64,000 nt of DNA from Octopus vulgaris (GCA_951406725.2 OX597824.1:9114001-9178000); one strand, 5' to 3'; positions 1 through 13,566 are shown, counted from the stretch's first letter. Translations and numbers: made by a program. Notes: generated by a model from the letters alone, not told the origin.

Positions 1-60
1 TTATTCTCCTTAAATTTTCGTCGAGTCTTGCAAACTTTTCAATAGTCTTTGCAACCTTTT

Positions 61-106
<46 letters not shown>

Positions 107-109
107 ATA

Positions 110-370
110 TATTCAGGTTATAAGAGGTAATGGTGTCATTGAGACCCAAAGGTAATGCTGAATAGGTGCTATAGACAGACCATAGTTAAGTTCCAGGTTC
201 GGTAATTTTGCGAATAAGGGGTTCAACTTTGGTCATATGTCAGCGTGTGTTTATAAGAATTTTTTGCGTATTAGGATAAAAAAAACCAAGGCTGTGTAGA
301 TATTAGGACATGATCTAATATCTACAAAGTCTTGTTTTTTTTTTACTTATCTCATTACGCAAAAAATTCT

Positions 371-373
<3 letters not shown>
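110..373 (-). mobile_element. Truncated fold-back mini-element of family H3 (3' part only)
   Basis: 110-260 is the reverse complement of about 59975-60128. 253-373 is an imperfect palindrome (ATAAGAATTTTTTGCGTA...TACGCAAAAAATTCTTAT). (TA)n lies on both sides. Confidence 0.7.
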
Positions 374-436
<63 letters not shown>

Positions 437-689
437 GATACATACACACATTCATGGTGTTTTTCTCCATTTAACATCATGAAATCATTAACTTATGAAA
501 GCTATTATAACGATTAGGCCCTCAAAACGTGACAATCTCGTCGGTTCATGCATTACTTATCAACAACTATTTTGTCTAATGCTCTTCGTTTGGCAGCTCT
601 TTCTTGCAGATGAGTTGACCGAGTAGAAAAGCTCTTATATTGGCGCTCACATTTATCTCTTGCAGCATAGTCTAGTACAATGATATAGG

Positions 690-1041
<352 letters not shown>

Positions 1042-1792
1042 CACATGTCTATTTATACACGTATTTGCAAAATCAATTTAGCATTAAACAATTTATCATC
1101 GTTAAATTGCAGCATCACTCAAAACTATTTTGTAGAGAGCATATTCAATTTTGAAAAGGAACCAGTTGCCATGAATATGCACATGCATGTTTATGCACGT
1201 ATATACGTCAGCTTAAATTCATATCGAGCGCATCACAAAAGAAGGAATTTAGGTAAGCGAAGCCCTCTAACTGTGTTACGTAAGTTGGATCATGGAAAAT
1301 GTATAAGTCAAGAGAAATAGCTCCAGATTTTCATTGAAAATGTGTCCAACTATTGTTTGTATATACATGTGAAACTGATAACATTTAAGCGCTCGCTTTG
1401 ACGTAAAATCTCCGATAGAGGTTCGTTTTTCATAATCGCTCTCTCTCTTTCTCTCTCTCAAGAAAATATCACAATTACGTCAGTGGATGGCAATAAAGAT
1501 AGAGCATGGAGATGTGCTGAGGGAAAAACTGTTCTAAATACACCAGAAATATTAGGCACTTATTTGGCCGTTTGCCAGAATATAGAAATCAATATTATTT
1601 ATGGTATTTTCCAGCAATATAGGTAACAATAGCACACGAACGTAAACACACTTATGTACACGCGAGCGTACAGACATACACACACACAGACATTGATACT
1701 GACAAACACTTAACTAACGCATCGATTCGGTGTTGAATAAGTGTTAGTGCGGAAGTAATACATTATGCATGCATCTACGTATGTATGTATTA

Positions 1793-2210
<418 letters not shown>

Positions 2211-2402
2211 TGCACTGAAAAACATATTCAGAGGAACGGCATAGTTTACATATATGTAAATCTATATTTTACAAAGCACAAACTTTATCTGATAAAGACG
2301 TCAATATTTTCAGACGAATCCATAGAGGTATGAATATACATTATATATATAAAAAAACATGGTAATCTACTCTGAGTTTCACCAGCACCTGACCAGTTTT
2401 CA

Positions 2403-2472
<70 letters not shown>

Positions 2473-2729
2473 CGCGTGCGTGCGAGCATGTGTGTACTGA
2501 AATGTAACATATACATGTCTTGATAAACAAAGTAATTTAGACTTGCTCTGAAAATATAAACATTGTTTTTTACTCCACAAGTTTTATATCTCCGTCAACT
2601 GAATAATTAAGTACAATTTAATTATTTTTCTAGTTTTCTTAGAAGCTTCAGCAGATGAAGAGTCCCAAACCTGACCAATATAATCGGCATAATAGCGCGC
2701 ACACTGACAAAATAAATTGAAAAGCTCAC

Positions 2730-2886
2730 AGTGGCCGTGTGATAAGTAGCTTGCTTACCAACCACATTGTCCCGGGTTCAGTCCCGCTGCGTCGCACCTT
2801 GGGCAAGTCGCTTCTACTATAGCCTCGTGTCGACCAAAGCCATGTGAGTGGATTTGGTAGAAGGAAACTGAAAGAAGCCCCTCGTA

Positions 2887-2971
<85 letters not shown>

Positions 2972-3183
2972 TTGTGTGTCTGTGTTTGTCCCCCCCCAAC
3001 ATCGCTTGACAACCGATGCTGGTGTGTTTACGTCAGGTAACTTAGTGGTTCGGCAAAAGAGACCGATAGAATAAGTACTAGGCTTACAAAGAATAAGTCC
3101 TGTGGTCGTTTTGCTCGACTAAAGGCGGTGCCCCAGCATGGCCACAGTCAAGTGACTGAAACAAATAAAAGAGTAAAAGAGTA
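2730..3183 (+). mobile_element. tRNA-derived SINE family A (internal TA/TG microsatellite, AAAAGAGT tail)
   Basis: A/B-box head (GTGGCCGTGTGATAAG..GGTTCAGTCCC). Many copies in the window. Confidence 0.85.
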
Positions 3184-3564
3184 CAGTACGTACTTATTTT
3201 TAATGGAATTTGTATCTCGGTACATAACGCATATATTTTTCAGTAATTTTAACCAGGAAAACAGTTTTTAATAAATTTAAAATGTGGGCGTCAATCTGGA
3301 AAGTAAGTAAAATTTTTGTACCGTATATTTTATCTACGTGTAAGCTGATCTGATATTTTTCGCATCTTTTTAGTCCTTCGTTAGGGACAGAATACTTATC
3401 TTCCCTACAAAGAGGGGGAAATTTCTAGCTCAAAGCTAGTTAACCTGTAAACAGACAACTATTTAATTCAACTCTATATGAGGAGTATGCACTGACAATG
3501 TTGATAAAATAAGACATAATTTATCCCAAAGCCTTTCTGGATTATAATAAATAAATATAGATTT

Positions 3565-3923
3565 AAAATTTTGCACAAGACCAGCAAGTTCGGGGGTTCA
3601 AAGTAAAGACGAAGTCGACGAGGGCAGTATTTAAACTCAGAACGTAAATACGGACGAAATACCGCAGAGCGCTTTGCTCAGCATTTTAACGATGCTGCCA
3701 GCACACATCCCCAATAATCGTTTCTACTATAGACACAAGGCCTGAAATTTGGTGGGAGTGGAGGCCAGTTGCTTAGATCGACCCCAGTATGCAACTGGTA
3801 CTTAATTTATCGACCCCGAAAGGATGAAAGGCAAAGTTGACCTCGACGGAATTTGAACTCAGAACGTAACGACATACGAAATAAAGCAGAGCACTTTGCA
3901 CGGCGTGCTAACGATTCTGCCAG
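3565..3923 (-). mobile_element. SINE family B (MetaSINE-like), two copies
   Basis: Central GGTC(A/G)ACTTTGCCTTTCATCCTTTCGGGGTCGATAAATTAAGTACC resembles the Meta domain. Confidence 0.8.
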
Positions 3924-4575
3924 TAACAAAATATAAGGTATACAATTTAAGAAGTATACGATTCCATTGGCTTTATCTCGCTGTACCCAGAATTACCTGA
4001 TCGTTTTGGTTAGTTTCTAGATACCTTAAACGTTTAACAGAGAAATGTGAGTCAACTTCGGTTGACAGAGACATTAGTAGCTTATGACTATAATTATAGA
4101 CTTTGCGGGGCAGAAAAAATGGATTCGTTGATCAACTTTGCCAAATTTGAATGAATCCTTGTTTGCACACTCTATCTATAGCGACATCAGAGGTAATAGT
4201 AACAGAAAGAAGACGGATATATCTTTTCTGATGAAGGGTTAAGAAAGCAAGAATCTATTCGATCGATTCTACTTTTGATATTCTTTATTTTTATATATAT
4301 ATTTGTTTTAGCTCAGGGAGAAATGAAATCTCTGATGTAAGATGAAACGAAATCATTTTCCTTCCTTGCATGAAAAATAGATAAGCCGATAATAAAATTG
4401 CATATATATATGTGTGTGTGAGTGTGTGTGTGTGTATGTGTGTGTGTATGTGTGTGTGTGTGTATGTATGTATTATGTAGTTTTATGCGTATGTATATCC
4501 ATACACTGACACACACGCCACACAAACACACACACATATATATATGTATATATGTGTGTGGGCATACATATGCAC

Positions 4576-4608
<33 letters not shown>

Positions 4609-4675
4609 TCAATAAATGGTGGGGTTGTGTTGACCGCACGTGGAGAAATGATAAGTAAGGAAAAATTTTTTAAAA

Positions 4676-6754
4676 ATGCAGAATGCTCAAATGAAAGAAA
4701 GCAACTTCCTACCACCAAAAGGGAGAAATAAAACACTGGACGATTTCTGTAAACACATCCAGAGTCTCCCCTTTACCCCAAGCAAAACCAAGGTAAAATC
4801 CAATTTCAGTAAGGAAGAATGGGAAAACCTACGTGACATACAACTGGATAAAAACCTCACCATCAAAGAAGCGGACAAAGGGAGTGCTGTGGTCCTTATG
4901 GACACGGAATTTTATAAACACCTAGTGTTCTCCATGCTTAACAATAACATTTTCTATGAGGTTATTAACAACTACAAACAGCAAAAAACAATCAGAAACC
5001 TCACCACACTCATACGCCAACACGGTCAGGGACTCACAGAAAAAGAAAGGGATTATATCACCATTTTCAAATGCAAGCCCAGCCTTTTTTATGGCCTTCC
5101 TAAAATCCATAAAAACAAATACATCACCGAAGCCTGCAAACTCTCCACTGACATCCACATCAACATCAAAGCACCGGAGGACCTAAAACTAAGGCCCATC
5201 GTGGCTGGTACCTCCTGTGAAACACACCGCCTGAGTAACTTCCTAGACATCCTTTTGAAACCTTTCCTTACCCACATCAAAAGTTTCATTAGGGATGATC
5301 TGGACATGCTCAAACACCTCCCGAAAACAGTTAACGAGGAGGCACTCCTGGTATCCTTTGATGTCATCAACCTCTACACCAACATTCCACATGAGTATGG
5401 TATAGAGGCAATTGACTTCTGGCTAGAAAAACACCCAGAGACATTCCCTGACCGCATTAACAAGTCTTTTATTACAGAATCTCTTAAGTTCATTCTGACA
5501 AACAATTTTTTTCTCTTCGACGACACACACTACCGTCAAAAATGTGGCATTGCGATGGGTACCAAGGCTGCACCAGTCCTTGCGAATCTCATAATGGGTT
5601 ACTTCGAACTGTCACTCTATGAAATATCAAGCCAGAAATTTGGACATGTTTTCCACACCTACCTAATGGAAAACTGGAAAAGGTATTTAGATGATTGTTT
5701 CATCATATGGAAAGAACCTTATGAAAAACTCCTGGAATTCAAAACCATACTAAACAACATACATCCCAACATCCAATTCACTATGGAATTAAGCAAACAT
5801 CATCTCCCATTCCTTGATCTCCTAATTATAAAAACACCTAAGAACCAAATCATAACAGACATCTACCACAAACCTACAGACTCACAACAATACCTCCTCT
5901 TTAGTTCATGCCACCCAAAACACACCAAGACAAATATCCCTTTCAATTTAGCTAAAAGGGTATGCACCATTGTCTCGGATCCAAAAACACGAGAAATACG
6001 CCTTCAAGACCTCAAAAAAACACTATTACAACGTCAATATCCCTCCACCCTTATAGAGTATGGAATAAAACGCGCCAAAGAACTAGACAACACTACACTG
6101 ATAACCACCCAACCTAACACCACACACAACCTCAAAATACTTCCATACATTTCCACCCACAACCCCAAAAATATCGAAGCATACACCACAATCATACAAA
6201 ACCTCAGTCTACTGTCAACAGACCCAAAAATGAAAAACATTATAAATACACACAAAATCCTCAAATGCAAAAGGCAACACAAATCTTTAAAAAAACTCTT
6301 GACAAATGCCAAACTTCACACACCACATCCACCCCCAACAGTAAAAAAATGTGCACGCTCAAACTGTGGTACCTGCCCCTTTCTACTTGAAGGCTCTGAA
6401 TTTACCTTCAAACAAGGTACGAAGTTTAAAATCAAGACTAACTTCTCCTGTTCCTCCGAGAACCTTATCTACGTTCTCACATGCGCTGGTTGCCAACATA
6501 ATTATGTGGGACAAACGAGTCTCCCGTTACGTAAACGAGTAACGGTGCATAAAGAACAAATAAATCTCCCGGAATACCGACAAATTCCACTGAGTGACCA
6601 CTTAGACTCATGTGCTAAAGACTTAAACCCCAAATTCTATATATTCCCCTTCTACCAATGTAAAGACGGGATCACCACACAGGAGAGAATTAACAAGGAG
6701 AATCTCTTTATTGAAAAATTCCAAACACAACTTAATATGCAAACTCCTCGTTGA
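4676..6754 (+). CDS. Penelope-like element (Neptune-type) reverse transcriptase + C-terminal GIY-YIG endonuclease, probably 5'-truncated
   Basis: 692 aa with no stops. PLE RT motifs: IKEADKGSAVV, FYGLPKIHK, LRPIVA, SFDVINLYTNIP, GIAMGTKAAP, RYLDD, FTME, LPFLD, YHKPT..YLLFSSCHP. Cys-rich linker CARSNCGTC, then GIY-YIG motif NLIYVLTCAGCQHNYVGQT. Confidence 0.95.
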   Translation: MQNAQMKESNFLPPKGRNKTLDDFCKHIQSLPFTPSKTKVKSNFSKEEWENLRDIQLDKNLTIKEADKGSAVVLMDTEFYKHLVFSMLNNNIFYEVINNYKQQKTIRNLTTLIRQHGQGLTEKERDYITIFKCKPSLFYGLPKIHKNKYITEACKLSTDIHINIKAPEDLKLRPIVAGTSCETHRLSNFLDILLKPFLTHIKSFIRDDLDMLKHLPKTVNEEALLVSFDVINLYTNIPHEYGIEAIDFWLEKHPETFPDRINKSFITESLKFILTNNFFLFDDTHYRQKCGIAMGTKAAPVLANLIMGYFELSLYEISSQKFGHVFHTYLMENWKRYLDDCFIIWKEPYEKLLEFKTILNNIHPNIQFTMELSKHHLPFLDLLIIKTPKNQIITDIYHKPTDSQQYLLFSSCHPKHTKTNIPFNLAKRVCTIVSDPKTREIRLQDLKKTLLQRQYPSTLIEYGIKRAKELDNTTLITTQPNTTHNLKILPYISTHNPKNIEAYTTIIQNLSLLSTDPKMKNIINTHKILKCKRQHKSLKKLLTNAKLHTPHPPPTVKKCARSNCGTCPFLLEGSEFTFKQGTKFKIKTNFSCSSENLIYVLTCAGCQHNYVGQTSLPLRKRVTVHKEQINLPEYRQIPLSDHLDSCAKDLNPKFYIFPFYQCKDGITTQERINKENLFIEKFQTQLNMQTPR

Positions 6755-7384
6755 TCAAACTTCCTTTCTCTACCTCACTCTTCATGGATGGACTAACACA
6801 AATATATAAAGATACCATGCATTCATCACTTCAAGCAAAAACTTATATTCTTTAAATATCATTTTCACTATTGTTGTTATTACTATCATTTTTATTATAA
6901 ATGATATGACAATTTGAAATGCAATTGTCTATGCAGTTTTATATTATTAGAAAATAATATAAATAAAGTGTTAAAATCTGAAAGTTAAGTTAACAAGCAA
7001 TTATATAAAAAAGATAATGCAAATGAAGCTAAAATGATAGTTTTATAATTTGGGTTTTATTGAAGAACTCAAAAGAGTTGTCTCCCTTACTCACAACACA
7101 GGAACTGAAGAACTAGGACCACAATTACTACTACTTCCTGTCCTGCAACATGCTGAATTTAACAACACAACACATCACATGCTCTTAATCCCTTTGGATC
7201 TTAACACCTCAAGGTAATTTTTTGGTAAACAACCATAAAACTAAAGATACACAACGAACTCACAATGTATCGGAGAACTTATTTTTTAATTTTTGTACAT
7301 TTTTATCATTATTCTTTTACAAAAAACAATGCAATTTTCTTTTTTTCCCCTTTCTAATTTTTAAAAAACTTCTTAAAACATAAA

Positions 7385-7425
7385 TATTCTTGACAAGTCA
7401 TACAATGACGAAAACCGGTTGAATA
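7385..7425 (+). ncRNA. Minimal type-I hammerhead-like motif in the PLE 3' pLTR (U3/A8 variant)
   Basis: TATTC-TTGACAA-GTCAT aca ATGAC-GAAA-aCCGG-TT-GAATA. Stems I and II pair, and AACCGGTT is palindromic. Confidence 0.65.
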
Positions 7426-7514
7426 AATATATATTTATATATTTTATCATTTTCTCATTTTATTAAAATTTTCTTTCATTTGAGCATTCTGCATTTTTAA
7501 AAAATTTTTCCTTA

Positions 7515-7554
<40 letters not shown>

Positions 7555-7570
7555 CATATAGTTGGTACAT

Positions 7571-7626
7571 GCTTCTGAAGAGAAAGAATATCTCATTGGC
7601 TAAATTTCGAAATCACGTGACAAAGC
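7571..7626 (+). ncRNA. Minimal type-I hammerhead-like motif
   Basis: GCTT-CTGAAGA-GAAA...TTTC-GAAA-TCACGTGA-CA-AAGC. All three stems pair. The single core deviation is C at U16.1. Confidence 0.65.
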
Positions 7627-7811
7627 TTTGTCCAACTATTTCTTTTTGTGAGTTTATCTCACAAGGGAAATATCATTTTAGCCTGCCGTGCCGGCTTCCC
7701 TTAAATATAATAGAGTTAGTATTTTTTGTAGATTTCAGAGTTAATTTCAACTCCCACTTTTAGCATTTGCTCGGGCATTTTGAATACAGATGATCATTAT
7801 AAAAAAATTAC

Positions 7812-7921
<110 letters not shown>

Positions 7922-8225
7922 ATATATATACATATATATACATACATATATGTGCGTATGTATATATGTGTGTATATATATGTATATATATTCATATATA
8001 TATATATATATGTACACGCAGACACAAACACACACGCACAAACACATATATATATTCATGTGTATATAGATTATCGGCGCACTTATTTTTCATGTAAGTG
8101 GGAAAAACATGGGCAGTTTTTTAATTTTTCATTTTCAACTTATAATATAGATGATTGACTAAAAACTTTATATATGTGTGTGTGCCTGCACGCGTGTCTG
8201 TATGCACAAGCAGTTATTTTGAAAG

Positions 8226-8267
<42 letters not shown>

Positions 8268-8436
8268 GGCTTTTAATATTTCCTACTCGTTCCAGATCAA
8301 TGGACCGTATGTTTTATCTTTCTGCATGTTATCAATGTAGAGTAATGGAACAATAGATAGTCAAATATTAACTATAATATATTATTGGTTTCGAATTTTG
8401 ACACAAGACTAACAATTTCGAGGAAGTAGGTAAGTG

Positions 8437-8465
8437 GTAATAATAATAATAATAATTAAAATAAC

Positions 8466-8533
<68 letters not shown>

Positions 8534-8571
8534 TAATAATAATAATTAAAATAACAATAATAATAATAATG

Positions 8572-8608
<37 letters not shown>

Positions 8609-8676
8609 CAACAAAAACAACAACAACAATAATAATAATAATAACAATAATAATAATGATAATAATAATAATAATA
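8437..8676. repeat. (TAA)n microsatellite, resuming at 9570-9655
   Basis: Direct reading. Confidence 0.95.
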
Positions 8677-9570
8677 ACAGAAGCAAACCCATCAGTGGCT
8701 ACGGAGCTTAGGGCTAAAAGCAGAGAGCGAAGGTTTCATCCTGGCTGCTCAAGATCAAAGCCTATTAACCCGGAACTACCAGGCCAATGTGATGAAAAAT
8801 GGAGCAGACCCAAAATGCCGATTCTGCAACGACATGATTGAAACAGTGGACCACCTAATCTCTGGATGTAAAGTCTTAGCACCAGTGGAGTATAAATTAA
8901 GACATGACAGAGTTGGCCAATATCTACACTGGCTAATAAGTCGGCATTACAATATCAAAACTGCCGACAAGTGGTATAATCACCACCCTGAAGCTGTAAC
9001 TGAAGGAGAAAATGTAACGATTCTGTGGGACTTTCCAGTACATACAGACCGAACCATCAAAGCCAATAAACCGGATATTGTTGTGAAAGACCAAAACAAT
9101 AAAGTTTGCTTATTGATCGACATGAGCATCCCCTGTGATCATAATATCTTGGCGAAGGAATTTGACAAGATCAGAAAAAATAAAGACCTGCTCATTGAAA
9201 TTGAGAAAATGTGGCATCTCAAGGCGGTTACAATACCAGTGATCGTAGGAGCACTAGGAATGATCAAGAAGGGAACCGAAAATTATATGAGAATGATCCC
9301 TGGCTTACCATCCCTGCAAGAAGTGCAAAAGATTGTCTTAACTGGTACATCACACGTATGGAGAAGAGCATTGTCGATGTAAGAACTATTACTACCCATG
9401 TATTTTAATTTAACGTTATTTCTATCAAAAAAAAAAAAAAAATGAACGAACTAGTGAGTTTAAGTTTAATGGCCTACCAATGTATACTATGAGTTTCTTT
9501 GCCCTAGGAGTCGGGAAGACACTCAGCAAGAAAAGGAAGCAAATTTGAAAGAAGAAGAAAAACCCATAAC
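8677..9570 (+). mobile_element. 5'-truncated R4/Dong-type non-LTR retrotransposon (CCHC knuckle + restriction-like endonuclease, ORF ends 9382)
   Basis: LKAESEGFILAAQDQ, CRFC..ETVDHLISGC, RHDRV, WD, KPDIVV..LIDMSIP..K. Flanked by (TAA)n on both sides. Confidence 0.9.
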
Positions 9571-9635
<65 letters not shown>

Positions 9636-9680
9636 TTAATAATAATAATAATAACACCGAATGAGAACCGAGGTTCGAAA

Positions 9681-9726
9681 GACACCTGATGAAGGCTGGA
9701 AGGTATATCAGCCGAAACGTTGTGTT
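9681..9726 (+). ncRNA. Minimal type-I hammerhead-like motif, family H1 (element about 9659-9785)
   Basis: GACAC-CTGATGA-a-GGCTG...CAGCC-GAAA-CG-TT-GTGTT, with palindromic AACGTT. Confidence 0.75.
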
Positions 9727-9998
9727 AACAACAAAACAAGATGAGGACAAATATCCGTCAAATGTAAATAATGTAAATAATGTACAGTGTTGGTGTGTTT
9801 ACGATCCTCTACTTAGCGGTTCGGCAAAAGAGAACGTTAGAATAAGTACCATAGTTAAAAAAGGATTACTGGGGTCGATTCATTCCACTAAAAATTTAGG
9901 GCGGTACCCCAGCATGGCCGCAGTCTAATGACTGAAATAAGTCAAATAGAAAGGAAAGCAACGTAGCTGCGATGTATAGAACAACAGTGTTTATTTCT

Positions 9999-10071
9999 TG
10001 GCAGAACGTAGATTCGATCTACGGACCGCTGAGTTATGAACCGAGCACGATTCAACCAACCCTACTCTACT
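9999..10071 (-). pseudogene. Initiator tRNA-Met (CAT) pseudogene
   Basis: AGTAGAGT..CGTGCTCGGTT-CAT-AACTCAGCGGTCCGTAGATCGAATCTACGTTCTGCCA. It has the iMet-type T-loop GATCGAA, but the D-arm and anticodon stem are mutated. Confidence 0.75.
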
Positions 10072-10890
10072 CAACCAGTGACGTAGCAAATTTGTAATAT
10101 ATTGTTTCTTGCATTGTCTATTCTGGGTTGCATAACTATTATTGCATCATCGATCATAGATTATTTATTATTTATTTTGTATGCATTGGACCGTGTCAAA
10201 TGAACGGAAGATAGTAACTGCACCATACATGTTGCAATACTGGACTGTTAATTTACTTACTGAAAGGCAGTATGTTCGTAGAATCACATTTAACAAACCC
10301 CATGCATAGATCTATTCGATGGAAATATATTTCTGGCTGTCTCTTCATTTGCCATTTCCAGAACAGCTAGAAACAAATCAATTCTATAAATGCTTCCCCA
10401 GCGTAGCATAGCAAGTCAGTTTGCGAGTGAATTTACTACACCATTCGTCAAAATATTTGTTATGCGAATGAAGGCCTATAACTGTAATGTTTGACATATT
10501 TGTGTTTCACAACAAAAACAATTTATTTATCGGTTCTGCATTTGTTTTGCTATGTTTTTTGCGTAATAGAGAAAAACCATATAAAAAATGATTTCGTTTA
10601 TGTTTTGCCTTGAATTTATGTTAACGGATTAAAAATATGCTCTAAAACAGAAGTATGATTAAACAATAGGTTATCCTTATATAGAATCTAAATGCTCTAT
10701 TCCGTCTCATAGCATGAAGAGAAATTCATGCACTTTGATATATGCCATGCGAGTATAACATATATTTATCATATCATATCATATATACATATGTGTGTGT
10801 GTGCGTGTGTGTATGTGTGTTTAGGTGTATGAGTGGGTGTCCGTATGTATATGAATGTGTGTATGAGTACATATATATATATATGTGTGT

Positions 10891-11185
10891 GGAGGCGCAA
10901 TGGTCCAGTGGTTAGGGCAGCGGACTCGCGGTCTTAGGATCGCGGTTTCGATTCCCAGACCGGGCGTTGTGCGTGTTTATTGAGCGAAAACACCTAAAGT
11001 TCCACGAGGCTCCGGCAGGGTGTGGTGGCGATCCCTGCTGTAATCTTTCGCCACAACTTTCTCTCACTCTTTCTTCTCTTGGCCTGCTCGCTTAGCCAGT
11101 AGGGTAGGCTAAAACAATGCGAAGCGCATTGTGACCAGCGATGTGTAACAACATCTGATAGCCTGGTCGGTCACGTGATCACGTG

Positions 11186-11188
<3 letters not shown>
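10891..11188 (+). mobile_element. tRNA-derived SINE family C
   Basis: Head GGAGGCGCAATGGTCCAGTGGTTAGG..TTCGATTCC. Homologues at 30881 and 43038. Confidence 0.85.
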
Positions 11189-11218
<30 letters not shown>

Positions 11219-11246
11219 TATTTATATATACATAAATACATACATT

Positions 11247-11697
11247 GGTGCAGGAGTGGCTGTGAGGAAAGTAGCTTGCTTACGAACCACATGGTTCCGG
11301 GTACATTCCCACTGCGTGGCACCTTGTGCGAGTGTCTTCTACTATAGCCTCGGGCCGAATGGGTGTCCGTATGTATATGCGAGTAAAGCCTTGTGAGTAG
11401 ATTTCGTAGACGGAAACTCAAAGAAGTCCGTCGTATATATGCATATATATCTATATATATATATGTATGTGTGTGTATATGTTTGGGTGTCTGTGTTTGT
11501 TCCCCCCCCCCCACCCCAACAACGCTTGACAACCGATGGTGGTGTATTTACATCCCCATAACTTAGCGGTTCGGCAAAAGGCACCGATAGAATAAGTTCT
11601 AGTCTTCCAAAGAATAAGTCCTGAGGTCGATTTGCTCGACCACATGAGGTGCTCCAGCATGGCCGCAGTCAAATGACTGAAAACAAGTAAAAAGAAT
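11247..11697 (+). mobile_element. SINE family A
   Basis: Full-length homologue of 2730-3183. Confidence 0.85.
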
Positions 11698-11813
11698 ATG
11701 TGTGTGTGTATATAAAGCAAACAAACAGGGTGTGCGTTGCGCTACAAGGGTATACCAAGGGTTGAACAGACAACTAAAAGAAAAGGTTAGATAAACATTT
11801 GATATACATACAT

Positions 11814-12428
<615 letters not shown>

Positions 12429-12442
12429 GTATATATGTATGC

Positions 12443-12526
<84 letters not shown>

Positions 12527-13268
12527 TTATCTGTCACTCCACATAGACGGTTCGTAGCAATTTTAGTAGACGTTTACTTGATTAGGGAGGCTCTTGTTTT
12601 ACTTTCCATATTCTGGCATAAATCAAACTTTGCTCTTTCAAACTTTCATTATTTATTTATTTTTATATTTATTTTATTTTGATTTTTGTTTGTTTGTTTG
12701 TTAATCCTGTAATTGCTTAACTGGGTTTTGCGAAAATCCTGGAGAGGAATATGGAGAAGCCGAATTGTCGCCGAGGTTATGCCACAAGCAAAACGAAAGT
12801 ACTGCCTGAGGTTTTTGAAATTTAATGGTTCTCTTATAGTTTGAAAGCAACGCAAACGCCACAAGAACGCAGAATATATAGAGTGAGAAAGACGGAGAGG
12901 CGGCAGAGGAACGATTATCTTATTTTGTTTTGGAGCAAAATACACCAACAATTTACATTACATTGTGGTTGTGTGCCAAGGCTGTGCACCAATATTATTT
13001 ATGGTATTTTGGTAATAGAGATAATGATAACACAAACACATATGTACACACACATATATATATGATGATGGCGATGATGGCGGTTGTTTTCGTAGTCTGA
13101 GAAGAACCGTTCTGCAATTTCTTGCTTAGCAACTCTTTACTCTTTTGCTCAAATTTGTTTATCGTGATTAAATACAGGCGCAGGAGTGACTGTGTGGCAA
13201 AAAGCTGGCTTCCCAACCACATGGTTCCGGGTTCAGTTCCACTGCGCGAGTGTCTTCTACTATGGCTT

Positions 13269-13566
13269 GTAAGCCCAGTACTTATTCTATCGGTCTCTTT
13301 TGCCGAACCGCTAAGTGACGGGGACGTAAACACACCAGCATCGGTTGTCAAGCAATGCTTGGGGGACAAACACACACACACACACACATATATATATACA
13401 TATACACGACAGGCTTCATTCAGTTTCTGTCTACCAAATCCACTCACAAGGCATTGGTCGGCCCGGGGCTATAGTAGAAGACACTTGCCCAAGATGCCAC
13501 GCAATGGAACTGAACCCGCAACCATGTGGTTGGTTAGCAAGCTACTTACCACACAGCCACTCCTGC
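13269..13566 (-). mobile_element. SINE family A (3' part replaced)
   Basis: Reverse-complement homology. Confidence 0.85.

Larger units (their letters stand above)
4607..7519 (+). mobile_element. Penelope-like retroelement insertion with inverted partial pLTR at its 5' end, inserted in (TA)n
   Basis: (TA)n on both sides (4579-4606, 7518-7550). 4651-4700 is the exact reverse complement of 7470-7519. The 3' region 6755-7519 carries a hammerhead-like motif. Confidence 0.9.

Noticed and set aside
2360-2408. Minus-strand GAAA-CTCaGAG-TA half motif
   Set aside because: The core and the 5' arm of stem I are not recognisable.
4222-4360. CTGATGA and CTGATGT followed by GAAA
   Set aside because: No stem II or stem I pairing.
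4687-6542. Short antisense and alternative-frame ORFs inside the PLE ORF
   Set aside because: Shadow ORFs with no motifs.
12700-12990. Possible host exon
   Set aside because: No convincing frame, motif or splice pair.
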